Positions 53,595 to 64,000 of a DNA stretch of 64,000 bases are shown here, one piece after another. This stretch comes from Nitrospirota bacterium (lineage in GTDB: Bacteria; Nitrospirota; UBA9217). The position numbers and the translations under genes were made by a program. The DNA lies in assembly GCA_963737155.1 (NCBI GenBank), contig CAVTRN010000001.1, positions 320,001 to 384,000 of the forward strand, in the 5' to 3' direction. Within the stretch, counting starts at the first letter, position 1; every line of letters begins with the position of its first letter. The notes under the pieces are model-generated. The model made no database searches. It saw nothing but the letters and a program-made list of their open reading frames with translations, and was not told where the DNA came from.

Positions 53595-56386
53595 GTCGGG
53601 GCTCCTGTCCAGTTCATTTTCTTCGCTGCTTTCCTAATCACGTCGTAATCACCATCCGTTGCTGTGGCAAACCCTGTATAGTCAGGGTCAATCAGCGCAA
53701 GGAGTTCGCCTTGCTCTCGGTTCGTCCGGCTCAGGGCAAGAAGCGCCTTTTTAAGCGCTGCCGCCGACGACCGGTCCATGGTCCGGGACACGCAAATATT
53801 GAACTCCGGAATCTCGATGGATGTCTTCAAGATCGACAGGCCGCGGTCGGTGAAGTCCTTTGCCGTTGATTCTCGGAGCCCACCTGCCTCATACTCTCCC
53901 GCTAGAACAGCCTTCGCCACATCGTCGTGATGCCCGAGGAAGGCGTACGTCTTTAAATCATCGAGACCGATACCTGCCTCGGAAAGCATTACGCAGGGAA
54001 AGAGGAAACTGGTGCTCGAAAGCCTGTCGCCGAAGGCGAATCGCTTGCCCCTGAGCTCATCAATCAGTGAAAATCGGCTGTCTGAACGAGCAACGATGAC
54101 GGAATGCATTGAAGGCAAGCCGTTCCGAAGCGCCTTAACGAGAAGCTCGACTCCACACCGCTGCTGGGCCTCGATATAGGTTGTGGGCGTCAGGAAGGCA
54201 AGGTCCGTTTTACCCTCTTCGAGATCCCTGATCGTCCCGGCAAAGTCGACGGCAATCGACAGTTCGACCCGCCTGCCGGTTGCCTTCCCGAGGTACTCAG
54301 CCAGCGGCGAGAAGCGGCGATACATCTCCGCCGGCGATTCCAGGGGAATCACGCCCATCCGCAGGGTACCGCCCGGGGTCACCCTGTGTCTCTTCCCGAC
54401 CGTCATCGTGGCGATTTCCCGGCCGAGCAATTCCGATTGTTCGCCGAGGGTCTTGATTGCGGCGATCATCCCCTCCATCCTCTTCATATTCTGGCGCGGG
54501 ATGTCCTGAATCCGTTCCACCGAACCGAGAATCTGCCTGATTGCTTGCTGTTGCTCCCGGGTCCCGACCGCAATACTGCCGGACCGAACGGTGACATTGT
54601 CTGCGGCGATGACAATCTGCTTGCCGCCCCGTCCCTGCTCTGTCATGGCGATCTTCACTCTTCGAGAAATGTCTCGCATTGCCTCGGCTGCGTGAAGAAT
54701 CATTTCGGTCCCTTTGATCTGCTCATGGGTCGCCTCGCTGATCTGAAGCGTCATCTGTTTCACGTTCGAGATAGCTTCCGTTACCTGCTTGATACCACGG
54801 GCTTGCTCGGTCATCGCCCGTTCAATCTTGGTGGCCATTTCCGCTGAACGGGTGGAACTCCCAAGTATCTTATCAAGGGCGGCATTGGCCTCGCGGGAGC
54901 GCTTGACCCCCTCATCCACGGCGTTAAGACTGTCGGACATTGCCGCCACGGCCTCCTTAGCCTCCTTCTGGACTGACGAGACCAGTTTCGAAATATCCTG
55001 CGCAGAACCCGCAGTGCGGTCGGCAAGGGCTTTGATTTCCTCGGCCACCACTGCGAACCCCCGCCCGTGCTCGCCAGCTTGGGCGGCGAGGATCGAAGCA
55101 TTGAGCGCCAGCAGGTTTGTCCGCTCCGTCACTTCGACGATCACGCCGAGGATTTTGCCTATTTCCTCGGATCGTTTGCCCAGACGCGTTATTAGGCCCG
55201 AGTAGCGCTCCACGGCGTCCTTGATCGTATTGATTGCATTCACGGTCTCCTCGATCGTGCGTACGCCCATGTCCTGCGCCTCCGCCGAAACCTGCTGCGA
55301 CAGTTTAGTCGATTCCATCGCAGCCCGCTCCACTTCGCGCACCGTCGCCTCGATTTCAATTGCAGAAGCCGAGGTTTCTTCGGAAGCGGATGAAAGGCTG
55401 TCGACATGCTCGGCCACCTCACGGATCGAAGCTGTCAACTGCGTTACCGACGACGTCACGTCCTCAACGGCGGATGTGAGTTCCACAGTGTGGAGTGCAA
55501 CCTCCTGGTTGGACGCATTCATCTCGAGAATGGCTGACGAAGTCTCCTCCGCGGAGGCCGTCAGGCTTTCCGCGCTCTGGGCAATGGCTTGGATGGACGA
55601 CGACATCTGGGTGACGGAAGCAGAGACATTCGAAACGGCTTTTGCTTCTACTTCAGCGCTCTTCCGGATTTCGCGGGAATCCGTCGCGATGACGGGGCTC
55701 AACTCATTGATGCGCGAAGCAAAGACGCCCGTCTCTATGATGAACTGTTCCAGGCGTTCGATGAGGTAGTTTACGCCTTCCGCGAGTTGGCCGATTTCGT
55801 CTCCGCGCACCACGGTCACCCGCCGCGTAAAATCCTTCTTGTCTATCACGTCCTTAAGGACGCTCGCGACCTGCTTGAGCGGAGAGGTGATCGTCCGCGT
55901 CACCGAAAGAAGCAGAAGTCCTGCCAAGAGAAGGAAAGTGAAGAGATGCTCGATGATCATACCGGCGGCATAGGATTTGAGCTTGCTGCCCAGGTCCACC
56001 GGATATACAGAGATTGTAATTTCTCCGAGCTTCGAATCGCCCGACATGATCGGCATCGGTCCGATCACGATTCGCTGTTCCTGCACGTCCGGCCTGGCGC
56101 TGTGCACGAACTGATGTTTCTCGTGGTCTACGATAATAATTTCCTGTCCGTCGGGAGTATGTATGAAATTCTGGACCATGTAGTGGAGACCGCTGTAATC
56201 GTCCGTTATCAGATAGGGCGCCGAGAGGTCCGCCATAAGCTTACAGGACTGTTCGCCGTAACTGCGGGCAACGTTCAGGATCTCACGCCTCTCCACGGAA
56301 TAGCGGTAGACGCCGATCGCGCTCATGATCACAAAGAGCCCTGTAAAGATCAGGATGATGAGTCTCTGTCTTACACCTATTCGCAC
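53591..56386 (-). CDS. MCP fused to C-terminal PhnD-type substrate-binding domain
   Basis: 2 [25 protein letters not shown]; then [32 protein letters not shown]; GTG start after GGGAGG. Confidence 0.9.
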   Translation of the reverse strand: MRIGVRQRLIILIFTGLFVIMSAIGVYRYSVERREILNVARSYGEQSCKLMADLSAPYLITDDYSGLHYMVQNFIHTPDGQEIIIVDHEKHQFVHSARPDVQEQRIVIGPMPIMSGDSKLGEITISVYPVDLGSKLKSYAAGMIIEHLFTFLLLAGLLLLSVTRTITSPLKQVASVLKDVIDKKDFTRRVTVVRGDEIGQLAEGVNYLIERLEQFIIETGVFASRINELSPVIATDSREIRKSAEVEAKAVSNVSASVTQMSSSIQAIAQSAESLTASAEETSSAILEMNASNQEVALHTVELTSAVEDVTSSVTQLTASIREVAEHVDSLSSASEETSASAIEIEATVREVERAAMESTKLSQQVSAEAQDMGVRTIEETVNAINTIKDAVERYSGLITRLGKRSEEIGKILGVIVEVTERTNLLALNASILAAQAGEHGRGFAVVAEEIKALADRTAGSAQDISKLVSSVQKEAKEAVAAMSDSLNAVDEGVKRSREANAALDKILGSSTRSAEMATKIERAMTEQARGIKQVTEAISNVKQMTLQISEATHEQIKGTEMILHAAEAMRDISRRVKIAMTEQGRGGKQIVIAADNVTVRSGSIAVGTREQQQAIRQILGSVERIQDIPRQNMKRMEGMIAAIKTLGEQSELLGREIATMTVGKRHRVTPGGTLRMGVIPLESPAEMYRRFSPLAEYLGKATGRRVELSIAVDFAGTIRDLEEGKTDLAFLTPTTYIEAQQRCGVELLVKALRNGLPSMHSVIVARSDSRFSLIDELRGKRFAFGDRLSSTSFLFPCVMLSEAGIGLDDLKTYAFLGHHDDVAKAVLAGEYEAGGLRESTAKDFTDRGLSILKTSIEIPEFNICVSRTMDRSSAAALKKALLALSRTNREQGELLALIDPDYTGFATATDGDYDVIRKAAKKMNWTGAPT

Positions 56387-56478
56387 CGCTGCCTCCCGAG
56401 ACAAGAGAATATTGGATTCCGGGCCAAAGCTTTTTCTTCAGGCCCGGATCTGAGCCTCTGTGTTCCAACTCCCGATTT

Positions 56479-58569
56479 CTAAAACTTGAAGCCCTGCAAC
56501 TCCGCGCGAAGCGCATCCGCTTTTGCCTTCAGCGTATCCACGGCCATGTTCATCTCAACGGATACGTCGACTGTATCCTGAGTGGTTTTCTGAATGCGGG
56601 CGATGGCCTCGCTGATCTGCTGCGCACCGAGATTCTGTTCCGAGGTGGAACGCGATACCTGTGCCGCCTGCAAGGTGACGGACTCAACAGCATTGGCGAT
56701 TTGCCTGCTGCCCGTGGTCTGCTCCTGTGTTGCCGTTTTCACCTGCCGCGTGATTTCGCGCATTTGTTCGGCAGCCAGCACGATTCGATCGCTTCCCCGT
56801 TGCTGCTCCTTCAGCGCAGTGGCAATCTGTTCCACTTGATCGGCGATATAGACTGACGTCTCGGTGATCTGCGAAACGCCCTTGGCCTGCTCCGCCGTCG
56901 TTTTCTCGATAGCCCGAGCCGTCTCCGCGGCCTGCAGGGAGCTGTCTGCAACCTGCTGAAGCACTTCACTAGTCACATTCACCAGGGAGACTCCGGCATC
57001 CACGGCCTTAAGCCCCTTCCCCATGGCCTGAACACTTTCCGTGGTCTCCCCATGCACCGATGCGATGAGATCGGCGATTTCCTGGGTCGAAGCCGCAGTA
57101 CGTTCCGCAAGGTCTTTGATTTCCTCAGCCACAATGGCAAATCCCTTGCCATGCTCCCCGGCTTGCGCCGCAAGAATGGCCGCATTGAGGGCAAGCAGGC
57201 TAGTCTGGTCCGTGACTTCATCAATGACTTTCAGTATTTGATCGATTTCCTGCGACCGCTTGCCGAGGTGGTTCACGGCGGCGGCCGTGGCTTCAACGGC
57301 GGTCTTGATGTTTTGCATGCCCCGGATGGCCTCATTGGCGGCGGTCATGCCGCGCTCCGATGCTTCGCGGGACACCTTTTCCGCCAGTCGGGCCGATTCG
57401 ATGGCGCGCTGCTCGACTTCCTTGACCGAAGCACTCATCTCAGTAATGGAGGAGGAAGTTTGCTCCACCGATGCGGAGAGCGCGTCGGTATTCGCCGATA
57501 CCTGCTTGATCGATGCAATCATCTGTTCAATTGACGAGGCAGTGTCTTCTACGGACGAAGACAGCGTTCCGGCATTCTTGGCGACCTCCTCGACTGACGA
57601 TGCCATTTGCGATGCGGACGATGACGCATCCGTTGCGGCGCGAGACATGTCCCGCGCGTTCTCATCGACACCCCTGATCGATGCTGCCATTTCATTGACA
57701 ACCATTGCAGTCTGCTCCGTGGCTTCTTGCTGTTCTTTCGCGCCCTGGCTCATTTTGGATGCGGCCCCGCTCATGAGCGTCATTGCATCAGACAATCCGC
57801 TTCCGGAGGCGCTGATCTTACGTAACGTCTCGCGAAGATTGGCCGACATGGTATTGATTGCGCCCCCCAGCTCGGCGATCTCGTTCTGCCCTGGTACCGG
57901 GACTTCCCGGGACAGATCCCCCGTGGCTATCAGACCCGCGGATTGCGAAATCTCAGTGATAGGCCTGATGATAGCGCGGTCCATGAAAACAGAGATAAGG
58001 CCTATGGCGACCAGAAAACTGCAAAGACCAACGAGAAGAGACCACAGGAGAAGACCCCTCACCTGCCGGTTCATTATTTCTTCCCGGAGCGCGATCCGGA
58101 ACACCCCAATTTTCTCACCCCCGGCGTTCATCAGCGGGACGTCCATTTCATAATGTCCGCCCGAGTTGTCGTGATAGGACTGGAACGGGGGTGCCTCCGC
58201 CAATGCATGCTTGGTCGCTTCATCGCTCAGCAGGGTGTTTTCTCGGGCCCGATCTCCGGCGTATAGTACCCTCCCCTGCATATCCATGATCATCGCGCCG
58301 GAAAGCTCCTTGTCCGCCTCCATCATACCGTGCAGACGATCTTCCATGCCCTCGAGCGAGTTCAGGGACTGGCCCGATCCCAATGCCCTGCTGATCTCCT
58401 GCTGGATTCCATCGGCAAACGCCGTTGTCCGGGCAAGAAGCGATTCTTTGTACCGATTCGTGGCCGCGTATGTGTTGACGAGGGTATTCACCAGCAGCAC
58501 CAGCAGGAGAATGCCTCCGATAACGAGGACAGACTGCGTCTTCAGTTTTTTCGCCAATAGTAACATCAT
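56479..58569 (-). CDS. Methyl-accepting chemotaxis protein (periplasmic sensor, HAMP)
   Basis: [23 protein letters not shown]. Confidence 0.94.
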   Translation of the reverse strand: MMLLLAKKLKTQSVLVIGGILLLVLLVNTLVNTYAATNRYKESLLARTTAFADGIQQEISRALGSGQSLNSLEGMEDRLHGMMEADKELSGAMIMDMQGRVLYAGDRARENTLLSDEATKHALAEAPPFQSYHDNSGGHYEMDVPLMNAGGEKIGVFRIALREEIMNRQVRGLLLWSLLVGLCSFLVAIGLISVFMDRAIIRPITEISQSAGLIATGDLSREVPVPGQNEIAELGGAINTMSANLRETLRKISASGSGLSDAMTLMSGAASKMSQGAKEQQEATEQTAMVVNEMAASIRGVDENARDMSRAATDASSSASQMASSVEEVAKNAGTLSSSVEDTASSIEQMIASIKQVSANTDALSASVEQTSSSITEMSASVKEVEQRAIESARLAEKVSREASERGMTAANEAIRGMQNIKTAVEATAAAVNHLGKRSQEIDQILKVIDEVTDQTSLLALNAAILAAQAGEHGKGFAIVAEEIKDLAERTAASTQEIADLIASVHGETTESVQAMGKGLKAVDAGVSLVNVTSEVLQQVADSSLQAAETARAIEKTTAEQAKGVSQITETSVYIADQVEQIATALKEQQRGSDRIVLAAEQMREITRQVKTATQEQTTGSRQIANAVESVTLQAAQVSRSTSEQNLGAQQISEAIARIQKTTQDTVDVSVEMNMAVDTLKAKADALRAELQGFKF

Positions 58570-58927
58570 CTTATCAACCTCGTCGAAGTGGAAACCACGT
58601 CAGGGGGAAACATGATTTCCATAGTCTCGGCCTCTTTGAGATCCAGAACCAGCCGCATAAGCTTCAGCACTTCAAGGGGAATCTTGACGGGGTTTTCTCC
58701 CCGGAGTAGCCGCGCCTTCATTCTTGCCACCGCTTCAACCTCTCCGCTAAACTCGGCAGCAAGATTCAGGATAACCCTTCTTCCTCCGTTCCGCCGATCA
58801 GAACTGATCGAGGAATTTTTGCGATATGCATATAACGTGCAGAGTTGCCAAGTTCCATCGGGCAGCACCGCTGAAGGGAAGAGTGCTGCCACAACAGCGA
58901 TAAGACGGTTTTCGCCGTTTCTCTCAT
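58566..58927 (-). pseudogene. Decayed PhnD-type periplasmic binding protein
   Basis: AAGGAGA RBS; fragments VLPME and GRRVILNLAAEFSGEV match [16 protein letters not shown] of the fused domain; frameshifted and short. Confidence 0.55.
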
Positions 58928-58958
58928 ACTGCGGTGTCTCCTTATGTCCTGTGCAAAT

Positions 58959-59624
58959 TCATGCATCGTGGTGCCCCACGGCCTTCACCAAGTCCAGAAC
59001 AATGAACAATTTGTCGTCCTTGCGGACGATGCCACGAAGAAACTCTCCGCCATGCTCGATATTTTCCGGCGGCGGCTTGATTGCATCCTCCTTGATTCTG
59101 TGCACTCCAGACACCCGGTCAACAATGAGCCCTACATCCTCCTCATCGGAGCTGACGACGATGATCCTCGACTTTCCATCTCGAACGCCGGGAGTGATGC
59201 CGAGGCGTTTGCAAAGATCAATAATCGGGAGCATAGAGCCCCTGAGCGAGATCACACCAGGGATAAAATCGGGCGTGTTCGGCACCATCGTCAAATCCCG
59301 GCGCTTGAGCACCTCCCGAACGTTTTCCACCATGACAGCATATTCCTCGCCGCCGAGCCGGAAGGAGAGTATCTCGATCTCCTGTGCCGGCGCATCAACC
59401 AGCTCGTTGGCTCTTTCCGCAGGCATCGGGTCAGCCGCTTGCCGTCCGGATGAAAGGGCTTCTGCGGCATGCGGCGTTTGCACGACCGCAGTTACGGGCT
59501 GGCAGGCCTCACGATCCTGGGAAGTTTCACCAGTCATACTTTTTTGTGGCTCAACAGGCCGCTCCGGCTTCTGCTGAGAGCGCGCTTTTTCGGCCGCCTT
59601 TTTTCGAGCTGCAAGAATATCCAT
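58959..59624 (-). CDS. cheW: CheW adaptor with low-complexity N-terminal extension
   Basis: GVISLRGSMLPIIDL, GLIVD. Confidence 0.92.
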   Translation of the reverse strand: MDILAARKKAAEKARSQQKPERPVEPQKSMTGETSQDREACQPVTAVVQTPHAAEALSSGRQAADPMPAERANELVDAPAQEIEILSFRLGGEEYAVMVENVREVLKRRDLTMVPNTPDFIPGVISLRGSMLPIIDLCKRLGITPGVRDGKSRIIVVSSDEEDVGLIVDRVSGVHRIKEDAIKPPPENIEHGGEFLRGIVRKDDKLFIVLDLVKAVGHHDA

Positions 59625-59692
59625 TCCGACAATGCTCCTCTCTCGAACCTCTAAGAGCTCGTGTCAATCCGAAAACTTCTGCTTACCCTGTC

Positions 59693-60490
59693 CTATTCCC
59701 CGTCACGGACGACGCTCTCTATGATCTCGGGCCCGATGGATTGCGCTTCCCGTCCGAAGCCCTCGATAAGCGCGTTGCCGGCGATAATATTGATGCGGCG
59801 GGGAACCCCGCCGGAATATCGGTACAGAAGCTCGATCGCCCCCCCCTCGAAGAGAGGCGCTTCCCTTCCGGCGACCCTAAGCCGGTGCAGCACGTATGCT
59901 TCCGCCTCTTCGCGGTCAAGAGGGCCGAGATGATACTGCATGCTGATGCGCTGCCGCAAAGCCTTATACGGTTTGCGATCCAGGCGCGCCCGGAGTTCGG
60001 TTTGCCCGATTAGCGCGATTGCGAGGAGGTTCCGGTCATCAAGCTGAAAATTGGTAAGCAACCGCAGTTCCTCGAATGTAGCCTTGCTCGGAATGAGCTG
60101 TGCTTCGTCAATGATGATGATCGGCCGCCTGCCCGCTTCATAAATCTCATAGAGCTTCGCGTTGATCCCTTCAAGAAGCCCGTGCCGCTGCCGCTTCACG
60201 CTGTCTATACCCAGCCTCAGGGCAACCATGTGTAAAAGCTGCGATGGCGTAAGCCTCGGGTTTATAATCAATATAGGTTGAAAACTCCCATCCAGGCCAT
60301 CGATGAAGGCCCGGGAGAGCGTAGTCTTGCCTGCTCCTATCTCGCCGGTCAGAAGAACAATGTCTTGCTCCTCGACGGCATAATGGAGCCGCGCCAGCGC
60401 CTCAGCGTGCTTGCGGCTCTGGAAGAGAAACCGTGGGTCCGGTGTTTTATTGAACGGCTTTTCGGCAAATCCGTAAAAGTCTTCGTACAC
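59693..60490 (-). CDS. ExeA/GspA-family AAA ATPase
   Basis: MYEDFYGF..KPF..TPDP, GEIGAGKT, IIIDEAQ, GQTEL, SGGVPRRIN. Confidence 0.92.
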   Translation of the reverse strand: MYEDFYGFAEKPFNKTPDPRFLFQSRKHAEALARLHYAVEEQDIVLLTGEIGAGKTTLSRAFIDGLDGSFQPILIINPRLTPSQLLHMVALRLGIDSVKRQRHGLLEGINAKLYEIYEAGRRPIIIIDEAQLIPSKATFEELRLLTNFQLDDRNLLAIALIGQTELRARLDRKPYKALRQRISMQYHLGPLDREEAEAYVLHRLRVAGREAPLFEGGAIELLYRYSGGVPRRINIIAGNALIEGFGREAQSIGPEIIESVVRDGE

Positions 60491-60574
60491 GGCAAAATCA
60501 AAATACAGAAGACAGATGCAGGCTTCCTGCCTTGTCTGACAGCTGGCTTCCGTCTCCTTTCTCCCGCCCGCTGT

Positions 60575-62572
60575 TTACTGACTGGCAGCCGCGGTTTTTT
60601 TCAGCGTCCCGTCGACGAGCGATTCGACATCCAGAACGAGCACCACGCCCCGGAAATTGCCCAGTTCCGTAGCGCCGGCAATGCCGGGAATATCGGCCAG
60701 ACGCTTCCCCAGAGGTTTGATCACGATCTCCTGCTGGTCGCGAAGTCTGTCGACGATGATGCCGAGCCGCCTTTCAGCAAGTCCGACGAGAATAACATAA
60801 AAAGACTCGCATTCGCTTTGATCTGCGAGGTTGAAAACACGCGAGACGCGAATAAGGGGAATCGTCTCGTCTCGAACAGCCATGACTTCCCGTCCTTCGA
60901 CCGTCTCCACCTGTCCGATGGTTGCCTGCTGAATCTCAAGCACCGAGCTGAGGGGGATGGCAAAGATCCTGCCGCCCGACTCGACGACCAGCGCCTTGAT
61001 GATAGCCAGGGTGATGGGAAGCATAAGGGCGAACGTAGTTCCCTCTCCGATTTCCGATCGAATATCGATCATGCCGGACAATTTTAACACGTTTCGCTTT
61101 ACCACATCCATGCCCACTCCCCGTCCCGAAATTTCCGTGACCCGGTCACGAGTCGTGAAACCGGGAAGAAAGATGAAATCAAAAATCTCCCGGCTGTCAT
61201 GCTGGGGATCGAGGCCATGGTCCGGCGCCAGGATCCCCTTTTCCACGGCCTTGGCGGCAATCACGGCCGCATCCATGCCAGCCCCATCATCTTCGACAGT
61301 TATCTCGACATGGTTGCCTTTCGGAAATGCCGAAAGCCGCACCCTTCCCTGGTCCGGCTTGCCTAGCCGTCTCCGGACGTCCGGCGACTCGATGCCGTGG
61401 TCAATGGCGTTCCGGATCAGGTGCATAAGGGGATCGGCAAGATCCTCAATCATCAGTTTGTCCAGTTCCGTTTCGGCGCCGTGCACTTCAAGCTCGATCT
61501 CCTTTTGGGCCTCTTTGGCGTACTTGCCGACAAGCTGGGCAAGCCGCGTGAAAATCTGGCCAAGGGGAACCATCCTTACTTCAAGAATGCCTTCCTGGAG
61601 TTCGGTGAGTTTTCGCTCGAGACCCCGTTGGGCCCTATGAAGATCGATGGACAACCCGGTGAATCCCTGCATCATTCTGAGTTCTTTGGAAATCCGGCTG
61701 ATGACGTTTTTTATCATGTGCATCTCACCTACGACGTTCATCAGACCGTCGAGCTTGTGGATATCGACCCGGACCGTACGACTGACGGACCTTAGCATGC
61801 CGCTTTCCGTTTTGGGTCCTTCGTTTTTCCGGCTTTCAGCATAGGAAATCTTTTCGATGTTCACGTTCGGCATGGCGATCGTCGATGCCAGTCCCGCCTG
61901 GTCCTCCTCTGTCCCGAAGACAATGGAAAATCCGATGCCGGCTCCGCCTGCAGTCGGAAGCGTACAGATAATTTCACCGTGTTTTTTAAGTGTTGTGTTG
62001 AGGTCCTTAATTCCCGCTTCGAAATTCGACAAATCGAATTCCATCTTCAGCATATAAAGATTTCTCTTCTCACGGATGCATTCGCGGAGACGGTGTTCCT
62101 CATACTCGGTAAGCACCTGAAGAATGCCGCGGTCAAGGTTAATCAGATCTGTAATCGAGCAGCCGGCCGGGGAGGATGACGGTTTCTCCGTAAGAATGGC
62201 ATCAATGCAGCTCAGGGCCGACGAAATATTTTCGAGCGGCTGATTTTTTCCGGCCTCTTGAACCAGCCTGCCGAGTAAAGCCGCTGTATTAGTAAGCACG
62301 TCGGCCGTTTCGTGGTTCAGGACCCTCTTTCCGAGACGGAGTTCATCGAGAAAAAATTCAAGCTTGTGTGTAAGTTCCGTCAGTTCCTTGAACCCGAACA
62401 TGCCTGCGAGACCTTTGAAGGAATGGATCGCGCGGAAAAGGGCATTCACCTGATCGGGGTCACTCCGGCCCGTGGCCTCAGCGGACTCGAGCGCAAATAA
62501 AGACGCGTTTACTGCTTCGAGGATGTCTTCGGCTTCGGCAAGAAACTCTTTTATGGGCCGATCAGATTTCAC
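60575..62572 (-). CDS. cheA: Chemotaxis histidine kinase
   Basis: LFRAIHSFKG, HLIRNAIDHG, ISGRGVGMDVV, CheW-like C-terminus; start uncertain (62572 or 62623). Confidence 0.96.
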   Translation of the reverse strand: MKSDRPIKEFLAEAEDILEAVNASLFALESAEATGRSDPDQVNALFRAIHSFKGLAGMFGFKELTELTHKLEFFLDELRLGKRVLNHETADVLTNTAALLGRLVQEAGKNQPLENISSALSCIDAILTEKPSSSPAGCSITDLINLDRGILQVLTEYEEHRLRECIREKRNLYMLKMEFDLSNFEAGIKDLNTTLKKHGEIICTLPTAGGAGIGFSIVFGTEEDQAGLASTIAMPNVNIEKISYAESRKNEGPKTESGMLRSVSRTVRVDIHKLDGLMNVVGEMHMIKNVISRISKELRMMQGFTGLSIDLHRAQRGLERKLTELQEGILEVRMVPLGQIFTRLAQLVGKYAKEAQKEIELEVHGAETELDKLMIEDLADPLMHLIRNAIDHGIESPDVRRRLGKPDQGRVRLSAFPKGNHVEITVEDDGAGMDAAVIAAKAVEKGILAPDHGLDPQHDSREIFDFIFLPGFTTRDRVTEISGRGVGMDVVKRNVLKLSGMIDIRSEIGEGTTFALMLPITLAIIKALVVESGGRIFAIPLSSVLEIQQATIGQVETVEGREVMAVRDETIPLIRVSRVFNLADQSECESFYVILVGLAERRLGIIVDRLRDQQEIVIKPLGKRLADIPGIAGATELGNFRGVVLVLDVESLVDGTLKKTAAASQ

Positions 62573-62692
62573 GTCAATCGCTTCGCTCCATAGGGGAATC
62601 GGGAATGTTGCATTTTCCGCCAACAGTCAGCTTTGCCGCTTATAGATGTCAATGCAGCGGTTTCGATTCTCAATGCGTGAATTGCGCGGAGT

Positions 62693-63064
62693 CTACTTCG
62701 CAGCCAGTACCTGCGAGACCACCGTTACCAACTCTTCCTTCTTGAACGGTTTGACGACATACCCGGCGGCGCCGAGCGCCATGCCGCGTTTTTTGTCTTC
62801 AGTGGACTTTTCGGTGCTCACGATGATGAGGGGGATGTCACGGTAGGTCGGATTCGACTTAACGTAGCCGATGAGCTCCAGGCCATTGATGTCCGGCATG
62901 TTGATATCGGTGATGATTAGATCGAACCGCTGAGTGGGCAGTGTCTTGAGCGCCTCAAAACCGTTGCTTGCCTCGATTGCGAAGAACCCACCGGCTTCCT
63001 CAAGAGCAACCCGGATCATGGAACGAATGGCTTTGGAGTCTTCAACCACAAGGACATTCTTCAT
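62693..63064 (-). CDS. cheY: CheY-like response regulator
   Basis: VVEDS, TDINMP, VKPF. Confidence 0.9.
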   Translation of the reverse strand: MKNVLVVEDSKAIRSMIRVALEEAGGFFAIEASNGFEALKTLPTQRFDLIITDINMPDINGLELIGYVKSNPTYRDIPLIIVSTEKSTEDKKRGMALGAAGYVVKPFKKEELVTVVSQVLAAK

Positions 63065-64000
63065 TTTCTTCCCTTTTGAAGTTCGGCTAGACGCTTTTCA
63101 AGCAGTGCTTTCTCGAGGGCCATCCCCGCCTGGTTCATGAAGATCTCAAGCGCGTCGATTTCCTGGATGGGTTTTCGCTCGGGCAGATTGTCTCCATACA
63201 CGATCAGGGCGACCTTATCGTCCACAATGATCGGTATCGCGAGGACCATCTCAGGCATGGCTTCGCCGAGTTCGGCGGCAAAATGGGAATTGCATTCGTT
63301 CTGCTCAAGACGGCCGGTGTAACTGCGCCGGGTCTCAATGACGGAGAAAAATAAGGAAGGCTTGTTCAGGGGAATCTTGATTTTTCTGACGACCTCATCC
63401 GCAGAACGGTCTTTGAATTCGATGCCAAACTGGCCGAGACCGCGCACTTCATCCTTCTTGACCATGAACAGGACCGCGCGATTCACCACCTCGCTTGCAT
63501 ACCGGAGAATAAGAAGCGTCACTTCGGCCGTAGCGGTCGGAAAACGGAGTTCATCAAACATGGATTTAAGTGCACGGATCTCCCGCCGGGGCTCTTCGTT
63601 TTCGATGCGGGTGCGGAACTCCTCCTTGGTCGGTTTATAGCTGACGGAGTGAGGGGGGACTGCGGGTTTCGGCGCCAGCGTTGCCGCGGCAGGGCGAGAG
63701 ACGGCGGGAACCACGTGCGTTTTCCCATCCTTCCGTCTCTCATCGAGAATCCGCGTTCCCTCCATGAGAAGATACTCGGCGCTGATGCCGGAGTTGAGAA
63801 GGAACTCTTGGGTATCGATCTCGATCTTGTCCTTGGGCGCGATTTCGCCAAGTTCAAAATTAAAGAAGCCCTCTTCCAAAGCAAGCAAATCGTATATGAT
63901 CTCCTCGATCTGCTTGCGAACAACGGTTTCGAGCGTTTGCGCGGAGACTGCTCCCATTTCGACGAGGATCATGCCCAGCGGAGTGTCCGCCTTCCGTTTC
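63061..64000 (-). CDS. DUF4388-like/GAF-like domain protein (5' end outside window)
   Basis: PLGMILVEMG, EGFFNFE, LLMEGTRILDE; C-terminal GAF-like region with YGDN. Confidence 0.75.
   Translation of the reverse strand, partial: KRKADTPLGMILVEMGAVSAQTLETVVRKQIEEIIYDLLALEEGFFNFELGEIAPKDKIEIDTQEFLLNSGISAEYLLMEGTRILDERRKDGKTHVVPAVSRPAAATLAPKPAVPPHSVSYKPTKEEFRTRIENEEPRREIRALKSMFDELRFPTATAEVTLLILRYASEVVNRAVLFMVKKDEVRGLGQFGIEFKDRSADEVVRKIKIPLNKPSLFFSVIETRRSYTGRLEQNECNSHFAAELGEAMPEMVLAIPIIVDDKVALIVYGDNLPERKPIQEIDALEIFMNQAGMALEKALLEKRLAELQKGRK

Noticed and set aside
58588-59577. 329-aa plus-strand ORF
   Set aside because: Antisense to cheW and the pseudogene; Ser/Arg-rich, no recognisable domain

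Overview
Chromosomal window from an anaerobic bacterium, inferred from gene style and the split atp operon to be Nitrospirota or a deltaproteobacterial relative. (1) 1-16 kb is housekeeping: rpsB-tsf-pyrH-frr, atpB-atpE, gltX, hemerythrin, pdxA, LOG, an orphan NfnB/GltD-like flavoprotein and several IS200/IS605-type scars. (2) 16.3-40.6 kb is a minus-strand Wood-Ljungdahl supercluster: cooC, ygfA, folE, an NfnB-like/ferredoxin/MvhD fusion, metV, metF, panB, a thyX relic, IS1182, acsF, panG, acsE, acsD, acsC, acsB, HydC/HydB-like subunits, a selenocysteine formate dehydrogenase, a lone cNMP-binding protein and fhs. It has no CO dehydrogenase gene. (3) 40.8-45.5 kb holds a VWA membrane protein pair, rlmN and an ORF-less group IIC intron. 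(4) 45.6-64 kb is a chemosensory cluster with an ExeA-like ATPase, a HEAT-repeat protein, GAF proteins and three long MCPs. One MCP carries a C-terminal PhnD-type binding domain, and a decayed stand-alone gene of that type lies upstream. The best novelty candidates are the fusion protein next to MetVF and the MCP-PhnD chemosensory module. All assignments come from motif reading only; no database searches were run.
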